This document shows, piece after piece, positions 30,259-39,602 of a DNA stretch of 56,241 bases. This DNA comes from Desulfobacterales bacterium. Lineage in GTDB: Bacteria > Desulfobacterota > Desulfobacteria > Desulfobacterales > UBA11574. The notes beneath the pieces are model-generated. The model worked only from the letters and a program-made list of their open reading frames with translations, was not told the DNA's origin and did no database searches. The stretch covers positions 2,494,672 to 2,550,912 of the forward strand of contig CP070768.1 in assembly GCA_020345745.1 (NCBI GenBank), given 5' to 3'. The position numbers were made by a program, and so were the translations under genes. The stretch's first letter is position 1, and each line of letters opens with the position of its first letter.

Positions 30259-30747
30259 ATGTATATACAGCAAGCTGACCTTTTTTGGGGGATGAATCGG
30301 GATTTTGTAAAAGAAATTATGGATATAACAGATAAAGAAACTTTTCAAAAAGGAGACTTTCTGTTTCGAGAGGGAGATCCCGCCACGTATTTCTACATTT
30401 TAATAAAGGGACGTGTCAAACTGATCATAGGTGAAGACGGGCCGGTCGTTCATACCGTGGACCATGCCGGAGAGGCTTTTGGCTGGTCAAGCTTGATCGA
30501 CAGGGACGTCTATTCCGCATCAGCTGAATGTACGGAGACAACAACGCTACAAAAAATTGACCGGAGAATATTTCATAAAATAGTTGAAAAAGATGCCACA
30601 AATGGGCTCATCTTCTTCAAACGTTTGGCCGGGCTAATCGGATATCGCTTGCTTCGAAGCTACCAGATGGTGACATCCGCATCTATAGCAGAAGGTGCCC
30701 TCTCGTTCGGCACAGAACAGGTCGAAGAATCAGAAGCGGCTTCATGA
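30259..30747 (+). CDS. Stand-alone cyclic-nucleotide-binding domain protein
   Basis: 162 aa with FREGDPATYFYILIKGRVKL and GEAFGWSSL (cNMP-binding beta-barrel). No DNA-binding domain. AAAGGAGG SD. Confidence 0.8.
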   Translation: MYIQQADLFWGMNRDFVKEIMDITDKETFQKGDFLFREGDPATYFYILIKGRVKLIIGEDGPVVHTVDHAGEAFGWSSLIDRDVYSASAECTETTTLQKIDRRIFHKIVEKDATNGLIFFKRLAGLIGYRLLRSYQMVTSASIAEGALSFGTEQVEESEAAS

Positions 30748-30760
30748 TGTAAGGTTCTTA

Positions 30761-31960
30761 TTATTCGAGAAGGACCGTTTTTATTCTAGCTAAGGCCCAA
30801 TCAATTTCTTTTTTTGTAATGACGAGGGGCGGCGCAAAACGGATAACGTTTTCGTGGGTCTCTTTGCAAAGTAACCCCAGCGCCATTAGGCGTTCGCAAA
30901 AAGGTCGTGCCCCACCGGCCTCAGGGAGGAGCTCGACTCCGATCATTAATCCCTTGCCCCTTGTCTCCTTGATGTAAGGGCTGTTGATCTCTTTGAGTTG
31001 CGAAAGGAAATAGGTCCCCATTTTCATGGCGTTATCGATCATATTTTCTTCAATTAAGACGTTCAACGCTGTTCTTGCTACAGCACAGGCCAAGGGGTTT
31101 CCGCCAAATGTACTCCCATGATCACCCGGAATAAAAACGCCGAGAACCGCCTTATTTGATAACACCGCCGATATCGGATAAAAGCCCCCGGAGAGCGCTT
31201 TGCCGATCACCGTCACGTCCGCTTCTATACCGTCATGCTCTTCAGCCAGCAGTTTGCCCGTCCGTCCCAGGCCCGTCTGTATCTCATCCAATATTAAGAC
31301 AATGTCGTGCTTTTCACAAACCGACTTCGCGTCCTTCAGATACCCTGACGGAGGGATAACCACACCGGCTTCACCCTGAATCGGCTCAACCATAAATGCC
31401 ACGGTATTTGATGTTATTGCCGATTCAAGAGCTTCGATATCGCCATAAGGAATCAATTTAAAACCAGGTGCAAACGGCCCAAAACCGTCACGGTACTGAT
31501 TCTCGCTACTGAATCCGATTATCGTTATTGTCCTGCCGTGAAAGTTGCCATCGCAAACGATGACTTCGGCTTTGTTCTCAGGGACCCCTTTCACCTTGTA
31601 ACCCCATTTTCTAACCGCCTTGATAACCGTTTCCACGGCCTCAGCACCACTGTTCATCGGAAGAACTTTATGGGAATTGGTCAACTCGCAAAGCTCCTCA
31701 TAAAAAAGGCCCAGCTGATCGTTGCGAAAAGCACGTGAGGTTAGGGTAAGCTTAGAGGCCTGTTCAATCATTGTGCGCATAATCACCGGATGGCAGTGGC
31801 CTTGATTGACCGCCGAATATGCCGCTAAACAATCGAGATATTTATTCCCCTCTACATCCCAGACCCAAACACCCTCACCGTGGCTTAAGACAACATCCAA
31901 TGGCTTATAATTGTGCGCGCCAAGTTCTTCCTCCAGCTGTATATAACGTTTTGTTTCCAT
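30761..31960 (-). CDS. rocD: Ornithine aminotransferase
   Basis: Start trimmed to the ATG at 31960 ([23 protein letters not shown]). Contains [11 protein letters not shown] and GKALSGG. Confidence 0.88.
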   Translation of the reverse strand: METKRYIQLEEELGAHNYKPLDVVLSHGEGVWVWDVEGNKYLDCLAAYSAVNQGHCHPVIMRTMIEQASKLTLTSRAFRNDQLGLFYEELCELTNSHKVLPMNSGAEAVETVIKAVRKWGYKVKGVPENKAEVIVCDGNFHGRTITIIGFSSENQYRDGFGPFAPGFKLIPYGDIEALESAITSNTVAFMVEPIQGEAGVVIPPSGYLKDAKSVCEKHDIVLILDEIQTGLGRTGKLLAEEHDGIEADVTVIGKALSGGFYPISAVLSNKAVLGVFIPGDHGSTFGGNPLACAVARTALNVLIEENMIDNAMKMGTYFLSQLKEINSPYIKETRGKGLMIGVELLPEAGGARPFCERLMALGLLCKETHENVIRFAPPLVITKKEIDWALARIKTVLLE

Positions 31961-31982
31961 CACCGGTTTTCCTCTGTTCTGA

Positions 31983-32141
31983 TTAAAAAAGTGTATAGAT
32001 AAAAGGCGCAATGGCACTACTTTCGGTAAAAATAATCAGCGCGCCAAAAAGAAAGAGCACCAGGACAATAGGCAGCAGCCAGTAGCGTTTCCTTGCCTTT
32101 AAGAACTCCCAAAATTCAGTAACAATGGACTGGTTCGCCAT
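31983..32141 (-). CDS. DUF5989 (SxtK-like) small membrane protein, 52 aa; not in the ORF track
   Basis: My translation is [52 protein letters not shown]. The KRYWLLPI and APFIYTLF-end signature is typical of the small partner of carbamoyltransferase/SxtJ cassettes. Confidence 0.7.
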   Translation of the reverse strand: MANQSIVTEFWEFLKARKRYWLLPIVLVLFLFGALIIFTESSAIAPFIYTLF

Positions 32142-32151
32142 TTTTTCCTCT

Positions 32152-32547
32152 TTAAAATCGTTTTGAAAAACGCGTCTTGGGTTGTGTGGGTTCGGTTCGA
32201 TCGACCCAGTACGATTCGATATTTTTATCAGGCCTGCTGGGAAGCGGCCGACCGCCCAATACCCTTTTTATCATGGCTGAAGGGGTAATGACCAGATAAT
32301 ACGACAAGATCAAAATGAGCGTATTCACGACACTGCCCAAAAAATGGCCAACTTTCAACCAACAAGAATAAACCGGAGCTAAAGGAGAAGGCATGAGCAT
32401 AAAGCCCAGACCCAGAATAGACAAGCAACCAAAAAGATAGACAGGCAACATCTTCTTGGTCCAAAGCCCTATTATGCAAAGGCATCCAAAAAATATGAAT
32501 GCAATGATTCCGAACTTTCTGATCTCTTTATTCTTAATCGAGCTCAA
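32152..32547 (-). CDS. SxtJ-family membrane protein
   Basis: 131 aa with three or four TM helices (IRKFGIIAFIFFG...) and a basic tail ending SYWVDR. Overlaps the carbamoyltransferase stop by 14 bp. Confidence 0.7.
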   Translation of the reverse strand: MSSIKNKEIRKFGIIAFIFFGCLCIIGLWTKKMLPVYLFGCLSILGLGFMLMPSPLAPVYSCWLKVGHFLGSVVNTLILILSYYLVITPSAMIKRVLGGRPLPSRPDKNIESYWVDRTEPTQPKTRFSKRF

Positions 32548-34348
32548 GTTGACGCCTCCAATCCCCTTCTTCTTCCCATGACGGTTGTTCCTCTTTATAC
32601 AAGATGCAGTCTTCTATAACCAAAATGTCCATCTCGGTCCGCATAAAGCACCGGTAAGCATCTTCAGGGGTGCAGATGATCGGCTCACCCCGAACATTAA
32701 AACTTGTATTGACGACAACCGCACAGCCCGTCATTCTTTCGAACGCCGAGATGAGCTCAAAATAGTCTGGCTTATCCTCTGGGCTCACGGTCTGCACGCG
32801 AGCGGAATAATTGAGATGTGTAACAGCAGGAATATCGCTCCTGCTAACTTTGAGACGATCCAGCATCGACATGTTTTTCTCTGTGGTCTGCGGATGGCGC
32901 CGTTCTTCTTTGACGTCGGCAACCAACAGCATATATGGACTGGGCCTATCGATCTCAAAGTAATTAGAAGCCTTGTTTTCCATAACACTGGGCGCAAAGG
33001 GCCTGAAAGATTCACGATATTTAATCTTTAGGTTCATTACGGTTTGGGTGTCTTTACGCCGGGGATCCCCCAAGATACTTCTTGCTCCCAACGCCCTGGG
33101 GCCAAACTCCATTCGCCCTGCCATGTATCCCACGATCTTTCCCCCTGCAATCAGATCCGCAATTTTTTTGGCCCTGTTTCGGTTACTTAACTCATGATAG
33201 GGATATCCTTTTTCTTCAAAGAGTTCTTTGACCGTACGGTTAGCAAACCACGGGCCAAGATATGAGCCTTTTTGGTTATCCTTCCCATTCGGATCAGCCC
33301 TGTCATTTCCCAGAAACTGGTGCCAAACAGACAGTGCCGCCCCCAATGCGCCGCCGGCATCCCCTGCAGCCGGCTGTATCCATATATGGTCAAAAGGCCC
33401 TTCTCTAAGTATGCGTCCGTTTGCCACACAGTTGAGTGTCACGCCGCCAGCAAGGCAGAGGTTTTTTTGTTGTGTCTCTTTGTAGACGTGATTGACCATC
33501 TTCAGGATGATCTCTTCGCAAACAACTTGAATGCTTGCAGCCATATCCATTTCTCTTTGTGTGATTTCGGTCTCCGGATCACGGGGAGGGCCGCCGAAGA
33601 GTTTGGAAAAACGTTTGCTGGTCATCCGTAGACCACCAAGAAAATCGAAATATTTCAGATTTAACCGAATCGATCCATCTTCTTTTAGATCGACCAGCTC
33701 GGAAAATATGATATCTTGGTAACGAGGTTCGCCATAAGGGGCCAGGCCCATGAGCTTGTATTCGCCGGAATTGACTCTAAACCCCGTAAAATAAGTAAAG
33801 GCAGAATAGAGCAGTCCCAAGGAATCGGGAAAGTGTAGTTCTTTTAACAGCTTGATTTCCTTTCCTTTCCCAAAACCATAGCTTGCGGTCGCCCATTCTC
33901 CAACCCCGTCAATGGTTAAAATGGCCGCTGCATTAAATGGAGAGGGATAAAATGCCGAGGCTGCATGAGAACCATGATGCTCCGTAAACAATACAGTGCC
34001 TTCATATCCTGTTTCTTTTCGAATAATTTTAGGAATATACAGTTTTTTCCCCAACCATAGCGGCATCGCCTCCAGCCATGATCGAAGCCCTTTGGGCGCG
34101 ACGGTCAAGTAGCTCATGAGCAGCCGTTCAAAGGTCAGAAACGGTTTGTCATAAAATACCACATGATCTATATTATGGATGGTCACACCTGCTTCTTCCA
34201 AGCAGTATCTGATTGCGCGTTTGGGGAAGCTTGGATCATGTTTCTTACGAGTGAATCGCTCCTCTTGGGCAGCGGCTAAAATGTCGCCGTTCGCAACAAG
34301 ACACGCAGCACTGTCATGGTAGAAACAAGAGATTCCCAAAATGTACAT
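32534..34348 (-). CDS. Carbamoyltransferase (NodU/CmcH family)
   Basis: Start trimmed to the ATG at 34348 (AGGAAG SD). Contains MYILGISCFYHDSAACL, HHGSHAASAFY and NTSFNVRGEPI. Confidence 0.9.
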   Translation of the reverse strand: MYILGISCFYHDSAACLVANGDILAAAQEERFTRKKHDPSFPKRAIRYCLEEAGVTIHNIDHVVFYDKPFLTFERLLMSYLTVAPKGLRSWLEAMPLWLGKKLYIPKIIRKETGYEGTVLFTEHHGSHAASAFYPSPFNAAAILTIDGVGEWATASYGFGKGKEIKLLKELHFPDSLGLLYSAFTYFTGFRVNSGEYKLMGLAPYGEPRYQDIIFSELVDLKEDGSIRLNLKYFDFLGGLRMTSKRFSKLFGGPPRDPETEITQREMDMAASIQVVCEEIILKMVNHVYKETQQKNLCLAGGVTLNCVANGRILREGPFDHIWIQPAAGDAGGALGAALSVWHQFLGNDRADPNGKDNQKGSYLGPWFANRTVKELFEEKGYPYHELSNRNRAKKIADLIAGGKIVGYMAGRMEFGPRALGARSILGDPRRKDTQTVMNLKIKYRESFRPFAPSVMENKASNYFEIDRPSPYMLLVADVKEERRHPQTTEKNMSMLDRLKVSRSDIPAVTHLNYSARVQTVSPEDKPDYFELISAFERMTGCAVVVNTSFNVRGEPIICTPEDAYRCFMRTEMDILVIEDCILYKEEQPSWEEEGDWRRQLELD

Positions 34349-34581
34349 GATAACTTCCTGAGTAAGTATTAATATCTTACCAATACTTGAGATATAACAA
34401 AGTGATCGAACCATCCAAATACTTATATAAATAAATATTTTCGACGTTCTCAGCTTGATTTACGCTCAAATTGGGCTATAGTTTAGATGAATAAACCACA
34501 TTTGTAAACCTTGATCCTTTATCACCGATGAGATTTGGGTTATTGCGGATCTTAGCATAACCGTTCAGTACTCAATACAAA

Positions 34582-34723
34582 CCACCTCAAAAAAATAGAT
34601 CTCGTTCAAGGACAAGGCGCAAGGCGCCGTAGGCGTCATGTGTAACATATGAAAAAACGCAGCATTCATAGTAGATTCACAACATCGTAATTGGACAGTA
34701 GATGGTATTTTTTTGAGATGGCC
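34582..34723. repeat. Rep-C family repeat (142 bp)
   Basis: Inverted ends ccacctcaaaaaaata / tatttttttgagatggcc. The interior ...ttcaaggacaaggcgcaaggcg...gtaggcgtcatgtgtaacatatgaaaaaacgc matches copies at 21403 and 14515. Confidence 0.75.
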
Positions 34724-34975
34724 AGTAATGGCTAATCTCTTTTAAGCCGATAACTACGTGTCGATGACCGCCTGTTGGGCTTGGATATTGCCTGTAATCA
34801 AATTTGACACGGGGTATGAATGTCTGATAAGCAACATTATTATGCCGTTATGTTGGTTTTATCCTAACCCGAATATTTCATGAAACTTTTCGAGAGGCCT
34901 TATAATTTGCAGTGACCCGATATTATGCTTTTTTTAAAAACGATTTGAGTTCGTAAAAAAGATAAGAAGGTGCTT

Positions 34976-36061
34976 ATGATGCATTCCGAAAAAGAAGAGA
35001 CCATTCAAATCTATCCCGGCTGGACAGAGTTCTACAACATAGAAGTCAGTGACAAATTGGATGCGTTCATAAAAAGGAACCGGCTGTTCGATATCATTTT
35101 TGCTCAGCAGTTTGATAGACCCTTTTTAGATTTTATGTGTGAGCTTGCGAATCAGGTGCGACTGCTGGCAAAAACAAAATTGGGTGCCCGGGTGTTAAGC
35201 CGCCTTTTATCACATAAACGTGCCATGCTATATTTTGTGCAACCGTCTACCCGTACCTTCATTTCCTTTATGAACGCATGCCATATATTGGGTATGAAAG
35301 CTTCCGAAATCCGGGGCACAACAACCAGCTCGGAAGTCAAAGGAGAATCCGCCGAAGATACTATCCGGACCTTTTCAAGTTATGTGGATCTCATCGTTGT
35401 TCGGCATCCAGAAGCTGGCTTTGCTGAAAAAACAGCATGGGTATTAAACCAAACCGAACGGCCCGTTTCAGTGATCAATGGTGGATCCGGACCTGATCAG
35501 CATCCAACCCAGGCTTTACTTGACATCTATACACTTGAACGATCGTTTGAACATATCGGTGGGCTGGATGGGAAAAAAATAGCGATGGTTGGCGATTTGA
35601 AAAGAGGAAGAACCGTCCGCTCTTTGAGCTATTTAATGAAAAATTATAAAGATGTAACGTTGTATTTTGTCTCACCGGAAATATTCAAAATGAAGGACGA
35701 TATCAAAAACTTTCTAAAAAAGCATGACATTCAATTTTACGAAACAGATGATTTTGCCAGCGTCATGCCAATTGTGGACGCGATCTATATGACCCGCATA
35801 CAAAAGGAATATGCCACTACACCTGCAAAAGAGACGGATATCTACCCGACCTTCCACTTTAGAAAAAAGGACCTTGCCAACGTGCAATCTCATTGTATTA
35901 TTATGCATCCGCTCCCTCGCCGTTACGAAATTGAAGTCGATGTTGATAAGGATCCCCGTGCGGTATATTGGCGCCAAGAAAGAAACGGCATGTGGATACG
36001 AGCAGCTCTCATCGCCTATCTCTTTGGTGTTGATGATGAGATCGCCTGCGAGTTTAACTAG
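34976..36061 (+). CDS. Aspartate/ornithine carbamoyltransferase-family protein, ATCase-like with an N-terminal extension
   Basis: STRTFISF (canonical STRTR), HPTQALLD and HPLPR. AGAAGG lies upstream of the ATG at 34976; the track start is a GTG at 34970. Confidence 0.75.
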   Translation: MMHSEKEETIQIYPGWTEFYNIEVSDKLDAFIKRNRLFDIIFAQQFDRPFLDFMCELANQVRLLAKTKLGARVLSRLLSHKRAMLYFVQPSTRTFISFMNACHILGMKASEIRGTTTSSEVKGESAEDTIRTFSSYVDLIVVRHPEAGFAEKTAWVLNQTERPVSVINGGSGPDQHPTQALLDIYTLERSFEHIGGLDGKKIAMVGDLKRGRTVRSLSYLMKNYKDVTLYFVSPEIFKMKDDIKNFLKKHDIQFYETDDFASVMPIVDAIYMTRIQKEYATTPAKETDIYPTFHFRKKDLANVQSHCIIMHPLPRRYEIEVDVDKDPRAVYWRQERNGMWIRAALIAYLFGVDDEIACEFN

Positions 36062-36073
36062 TTTCCATCCATA

Positions 36074-36215
36074 AATGACCTTTTTGACCAATCTCTGTGT
36101 CAATCTTCGCAATCGCTTGTGCGACGGTCCCTAGTACGCCTCCGCGCAATTGCTTGATTTCCTTGACCTTGTCCAAAAATCCGCATTTCTGGATTGAAAA
36201 CGTCTAGAGGGGCCA
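36074..36215. repeat. Degenerate Rep-A-like repeat
   Basis: Shares aatgacctttttgaccaatctctgtgtca..., ttccttgaccttgtccaaaaat and ggattgaaaacgtctagagggg with Rep-A blocks. Boundaries are uncertain. Confidence 0.4.
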
Positions 36216-36294
36216 TTCCACCTAAAGCGCTAGTTGTGGATGGGCTTAGACTGAACCAATTCAAGTCTGTAGTTGGAAATTGCGTTTTTCGAAT

Positions 36295-37632
36295 TTATGC
36301 CATAAAAATTTTTTCTCGGTTGTCTTTGACATTCTTGGTTGCATTTCGGGTGTCGATAACTATCTTTGAAAATTTCACAATCTCCTCAACGTCGTAACCG
36401 CTGTGATCGGTCACAATAATGACAGCGTCCATTTCAGTCAAGACCTCAGGGGTAATTGCCGTTGACGTCATCTGAAAATTGTACTTTCGGGTTGGCTCCA
36501 ATTGCGATATCCACGGATCATTATAAGCGACAATAGCACCTTTCTCCGATAATAGTTTCATGATGGCATAGCCGGGAGATTCTCTGTCGTCATCAATATC
36601 TTTTTTATATGCCATTCCCAATAGCATAATCCGGCTGCCGTTGAGACTTTTTTTATGTGTGTTTAAGGCTTCAATGGTCTTTTCGATTACATAATAAGGC
36701 ATAGACACATTAATCTCTCCTGCCAGGTGGATAAATCGCGCGGAAAAATCGTACTCTTTTGCTTTCCAAGCAAGATAAAAGGGATCGATGGGAATGCAGT
36801 GGCCTCCCAAACCCGGACCCGGATAGAAGGGTGTATAGCCAAACGGTTTGGTGGCTGCAGCATCGATAACTTCAAAAAGGTCGATTCCCATTTTATGGGC
36901 CAGAATTTTGAGTTCATTGACCATGGCAATATTAACGGAGCGGAAGGTATTTTCAAGAAGCTTGGTGAGTTCAGCTGTCCTAGTAGACGAAACCGGTACC
37001 GTTTCAGTTATGGTATTATACAAAGCCACTGATGCTTCCAAGCAAGGACGCGTAACACCGCCGACAACCTTTGGAATATTGACAGCCGTATATGTCTGGT
37101 TCCCCGGGTCTTCTCTCTCCGGTGAAAAGGCTAGGAAGAAATCTTCTCCGATCCGCATATCACTTGATGTGAGGGATGGAAGAAGCATCTCTTCGGTTGT
37201 TCCGGGATAAGTGGTGCTCTCTAAAACAATGAGATGTCCCTGGCGAAGATGTTGTGAAATGGTCTTGGTTGTTGACAATAAATAACTAAGATCAGGCTCC
37301 ATTTTGTCTGTCAAGGGTGTGGGTACACAGATTAAAATGCAATCCGCCTCTTTCAGGTGACTAAAATCAATAGTAACATCGAGCTGTTTTTTATCAATCA
37401 ATTCCCTGATTGATGCTTCAGGGATGTGCTTGATGTATGACTCTCCATGTAGAATTTTGTCGATCTTGCGAGCGTCGACATCAAACCCGATGACCCGAAA
37501 ACCGTGCCTTCCAAAATGAATAGCAAGGGGCAACCCAACATAACCGAGGCCGATAATTCCCACTACAGCTGTTTTGTCTGTTATCATCTTCAACAATCGC
37601 TGATGTATATATCCCTTATCATTAACGTTCAT
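36295..37632 (-). CDS. Nucleotide-sugar dehydrogenase (UDP-glucose/GDP-mannose dehydrogenase family; WecC/WbpA-like)
   Basis: 445 aa with GIIGLGYVGLPLA, ICVPTP and GGHCIP. Confidence 0.88.
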   Translation of the reverse strand: MNVNDKGYIHQRLLKMITDKTAVVGIIGLGYVGLPLAIHFGRHGFRVIGFDVDARKIDKILHGESYIKHIPEASIRELIDKKQLDVTIDFSHLKEADCILICVPTPLTDKMEPDLSYLLSTTKTISQHLRQGHLIVLESTTYPGTTEEMLLPSLTSSDMRIGEDFFLAFSPEREDPGNQTYTAVNIPKVVGGVTRPCLEASVALYNTITETVPVSSTRTAELTKLLENTFRSVNIAMVNELKILAHKMGIDLFEVIDAAATKPFGYTPFYPGPGLGGHCIPIDPFYLAWKAKEYDFSARFIHLAGEINVSMPYYVIEKTIEALNTHKKSLNGSRIMLLGMAYKKDIDDDRESPGYAIMKLLSEKGAIVAYNDPWISQLEPTRKYNFQMTSTAITPEVLTEMDAVIIVTDHSGYDVEEIVKFSKIVIDTRNATKNVKDNREKIFMA

Positions 37633-37681
37633 TTCATCTCCTTTTGTGCCATCTTTTGATGTTTTGAGACCACGGTATCAT

Positions 37682-38338
37682 TTACTCGCTGTTTTGTTCC
37701 CTTTCCCCTGATCGTGTTAATATCTCTTTTAATGCGTCAGGATGGAAACTTTCGATGATTTTACCTTTTTCAATAAACGATTCAATATTGATCACCGCGT
37801 TTTCATATCCAGTCATGATGGTTTTTATTTTATAATAAATTGGATCATCGACGCCCAAAAGATCTTTGGCTTCTTTTAACAGGTGTTCACCCTTTTTAAA
37901 ATGTTTTGCCAGCTCACCGAATATCTCTTTTCGCTTTTCGTGCTTTTCCCTTTCCTTGGCAATGATCGGTAACAGTCTCTGGACTGAATACTCGACCAAG
38001 GCATCCCGTGGGGCATTAAAGTGTTTCGAAACGCTATCAAGGGATGTAAGGGATCTTCGACTAATAACAAAGGTTTTCTGAATTCGCCCATGGGATCGGA
38101 GTTTGAGATTCTGAATTTCACGAGCAATTGAATTTAAAGAGCGGGCGTCCTCTACCAAATGATCAAACAGAGATTTTTGTTTGATGCCAAGATGAGTGGC
38201 AACGATGCTAATGGCATCGATGCATCCTTCTGTAAGTTTAAATGTCGCTCTAACGGATTGTTTGCCCCTCAGGTCCAAAGTGGAAGTATAGGGCAAATAA
38301 ACGTCTCTGTATAATTCATTTTCTTTATCTTTCCCCAT
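37682..38338 (-). CDS. Hypothetical protein (218 aa)
   Basis: The ATG at 38338 has GGAGG 7 nt upstream; the track start is 38362. Charged and helical. No family recognised. Confidence 0.5.
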   Translation of the reverse strand: MGKDKENELYRDVYLPYTSTLDLRGKQSVRATFKLTEGCIDAISIVATHLGIKQKSLFDHLVEDARSLNSIAREIQNLKLRSHGRIQKTFVISRRSLTSLDSVSKHFNAPRDALVEYSVQRLLPIIAKEREKHEKRKEIFGELAKHFKKGEHLLKEAKDLLGVDDPIYYKIKTIMTGYENAVINIESFIEKGKIIESFHPDALKEILTRSGEREQNSE

Positions 38339-38645
38339 TTTTTCCTCCAAAAAGGTTATCATTTTCCATTACTGATTATTCAATACAATTTAATAATGCA
38401 ATCTTTTTTAATGTACTTAAATGAATAGCAGAAAATTTATCATAAGACATGGCAGACAACAAAACAAGCGATAGTATGAACACGTTCGCGTTGCTAGAAG
38501 TTGAACCTCTTTGTGAGGTCTCAATGACACGCTCAACTTGCACCTGCACCGTAATTGATAATTGCAGATTTTAGGTGATAGGGGTTTTTAAAATAACGTT
38601 CCATATCCAGCACTGGAAAATTTCCATAAAAACGATTCAATCGGC

Positions 38646-38674
38646 TTGACATATATTAAATACCCGTATATTAT
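38646..38674 (+). promoter_or_regulatory. Near-consensus sigma70 promoter for ihfA
   Basis: TTGACA (38646-38651), a 17-nt spacer, then TATTAT (38669-38674). Lies about 45 nt upstream of the ATG, which has a GAGGAGG SD. Confidence 0.6.
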
Positions 38675-38718
38675 TAAATAATTACATGTTGTATGAACCC
38701 ATTCCATGAGGAGGCGCT

Positions 38719-38997
38719 ATGGCATTAACCAAGAATGATATTGTAACAAGGGTACATGAACTGGGTTTTACCAAGAAAAAATCTGTGGATATTATTGAGT
38801 CTTTGCTGGAAATTATTAAAGGCACACTAGAAAAGGGTGAAGATGTTCTGATTTCTGGATTTGGAAAGTTTTGTGTTAAGCATAAAAAACAGAGAAGAGG
38901 TCGTAACCCTGCTACTGGCGATGATTTGACATTGAAGGAACGAAAGGTTGTTACATTCAAATGTTCAGGTAAATTAAGGGATAAAATTAACCATTAA
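38719..38997 (+). CDS. ihfA: Integration host factor alpha / HU-family DNA-binding protein
   Basis: 92 aa with MALTKNDIV..., GFGKF and RRGRNPATGDDL (the beta-arm). Confidence 0.85.
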   Translation: MALTKNDIVTRVHELGFTKKKSVDIIESLLEIIKGTLEKGEDVLISGFGKFCVKHKKQRRGRNPATGDDLTLKERKVVTFKCSGKLRDKINH

Positions 38998-39046
38998 AAC
39001 AAACTTCAACACGCTTGTTTTCTATTTATAAAGGTTGCAAGCGTTT

Positions 39047-39346
39047 TTAAATACCTACCGTACTAAGCCATACAGACCGATATGGACCCAATTCAAACGA
39101 ATGCATTTGGTACGCTTTTCCTGTAAAAAGGTCCCTCATTATTAACGGCGCCTCTTTTTCTGACAGCGCTACGACTACCTGTTTGGATGAAATATTCTTC
39201 AAAGCATATATCATCTGGTCCGGGCCATACCGTGCAATAGCAAATACTTTTGGGTCTATTTCGAGAATTTTAAAGCCGGCGTTAGGGTGAAATGCCTGCT
39301 GTTTTCTTCTGATTTTTATCAAATCGATATACGTATGAGCAAGTAC
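39047..39346 (-). pseudogene. Probable 3-prime remnant of a sucrose-phosphorylase-like (GH13) gene
   Basis: The frame is open only from the stop at 39347-39349. The translation ...YIDLIKIRRKQQAFHPNAGFKILEIDPKVFAIARYGPDQMIYALKNISSKQVVV...LGPYRSVWL resembles only the C-terminal ~95 residues of ~570-aa sugar phosphorylases. There is no ATG and no SD. Confidence 0.5.
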
Positions 39347-39602
39347 TTAATCGCATCGGTATTTCCCATGGCGCCTCTCCTTGGTTTACCTTAATCGAAA
39401 CGAGCCTATATTTTATCGCTTGCAATTTTATAAAATGATCGACATATTACCTAACATCTCTGGTTGTCGATGTTGGCACTGCTGCAAGTTGAACAATACG
39501 CGCTTTGGCAAGTTTGGACGTCGCTTGCGGCTCAACATGTTTCACAGCGTTTTAAATATTATAGAGATTCTCAAGCTAGCCGTCGCAATAGGGTACAGCC
39601 AT

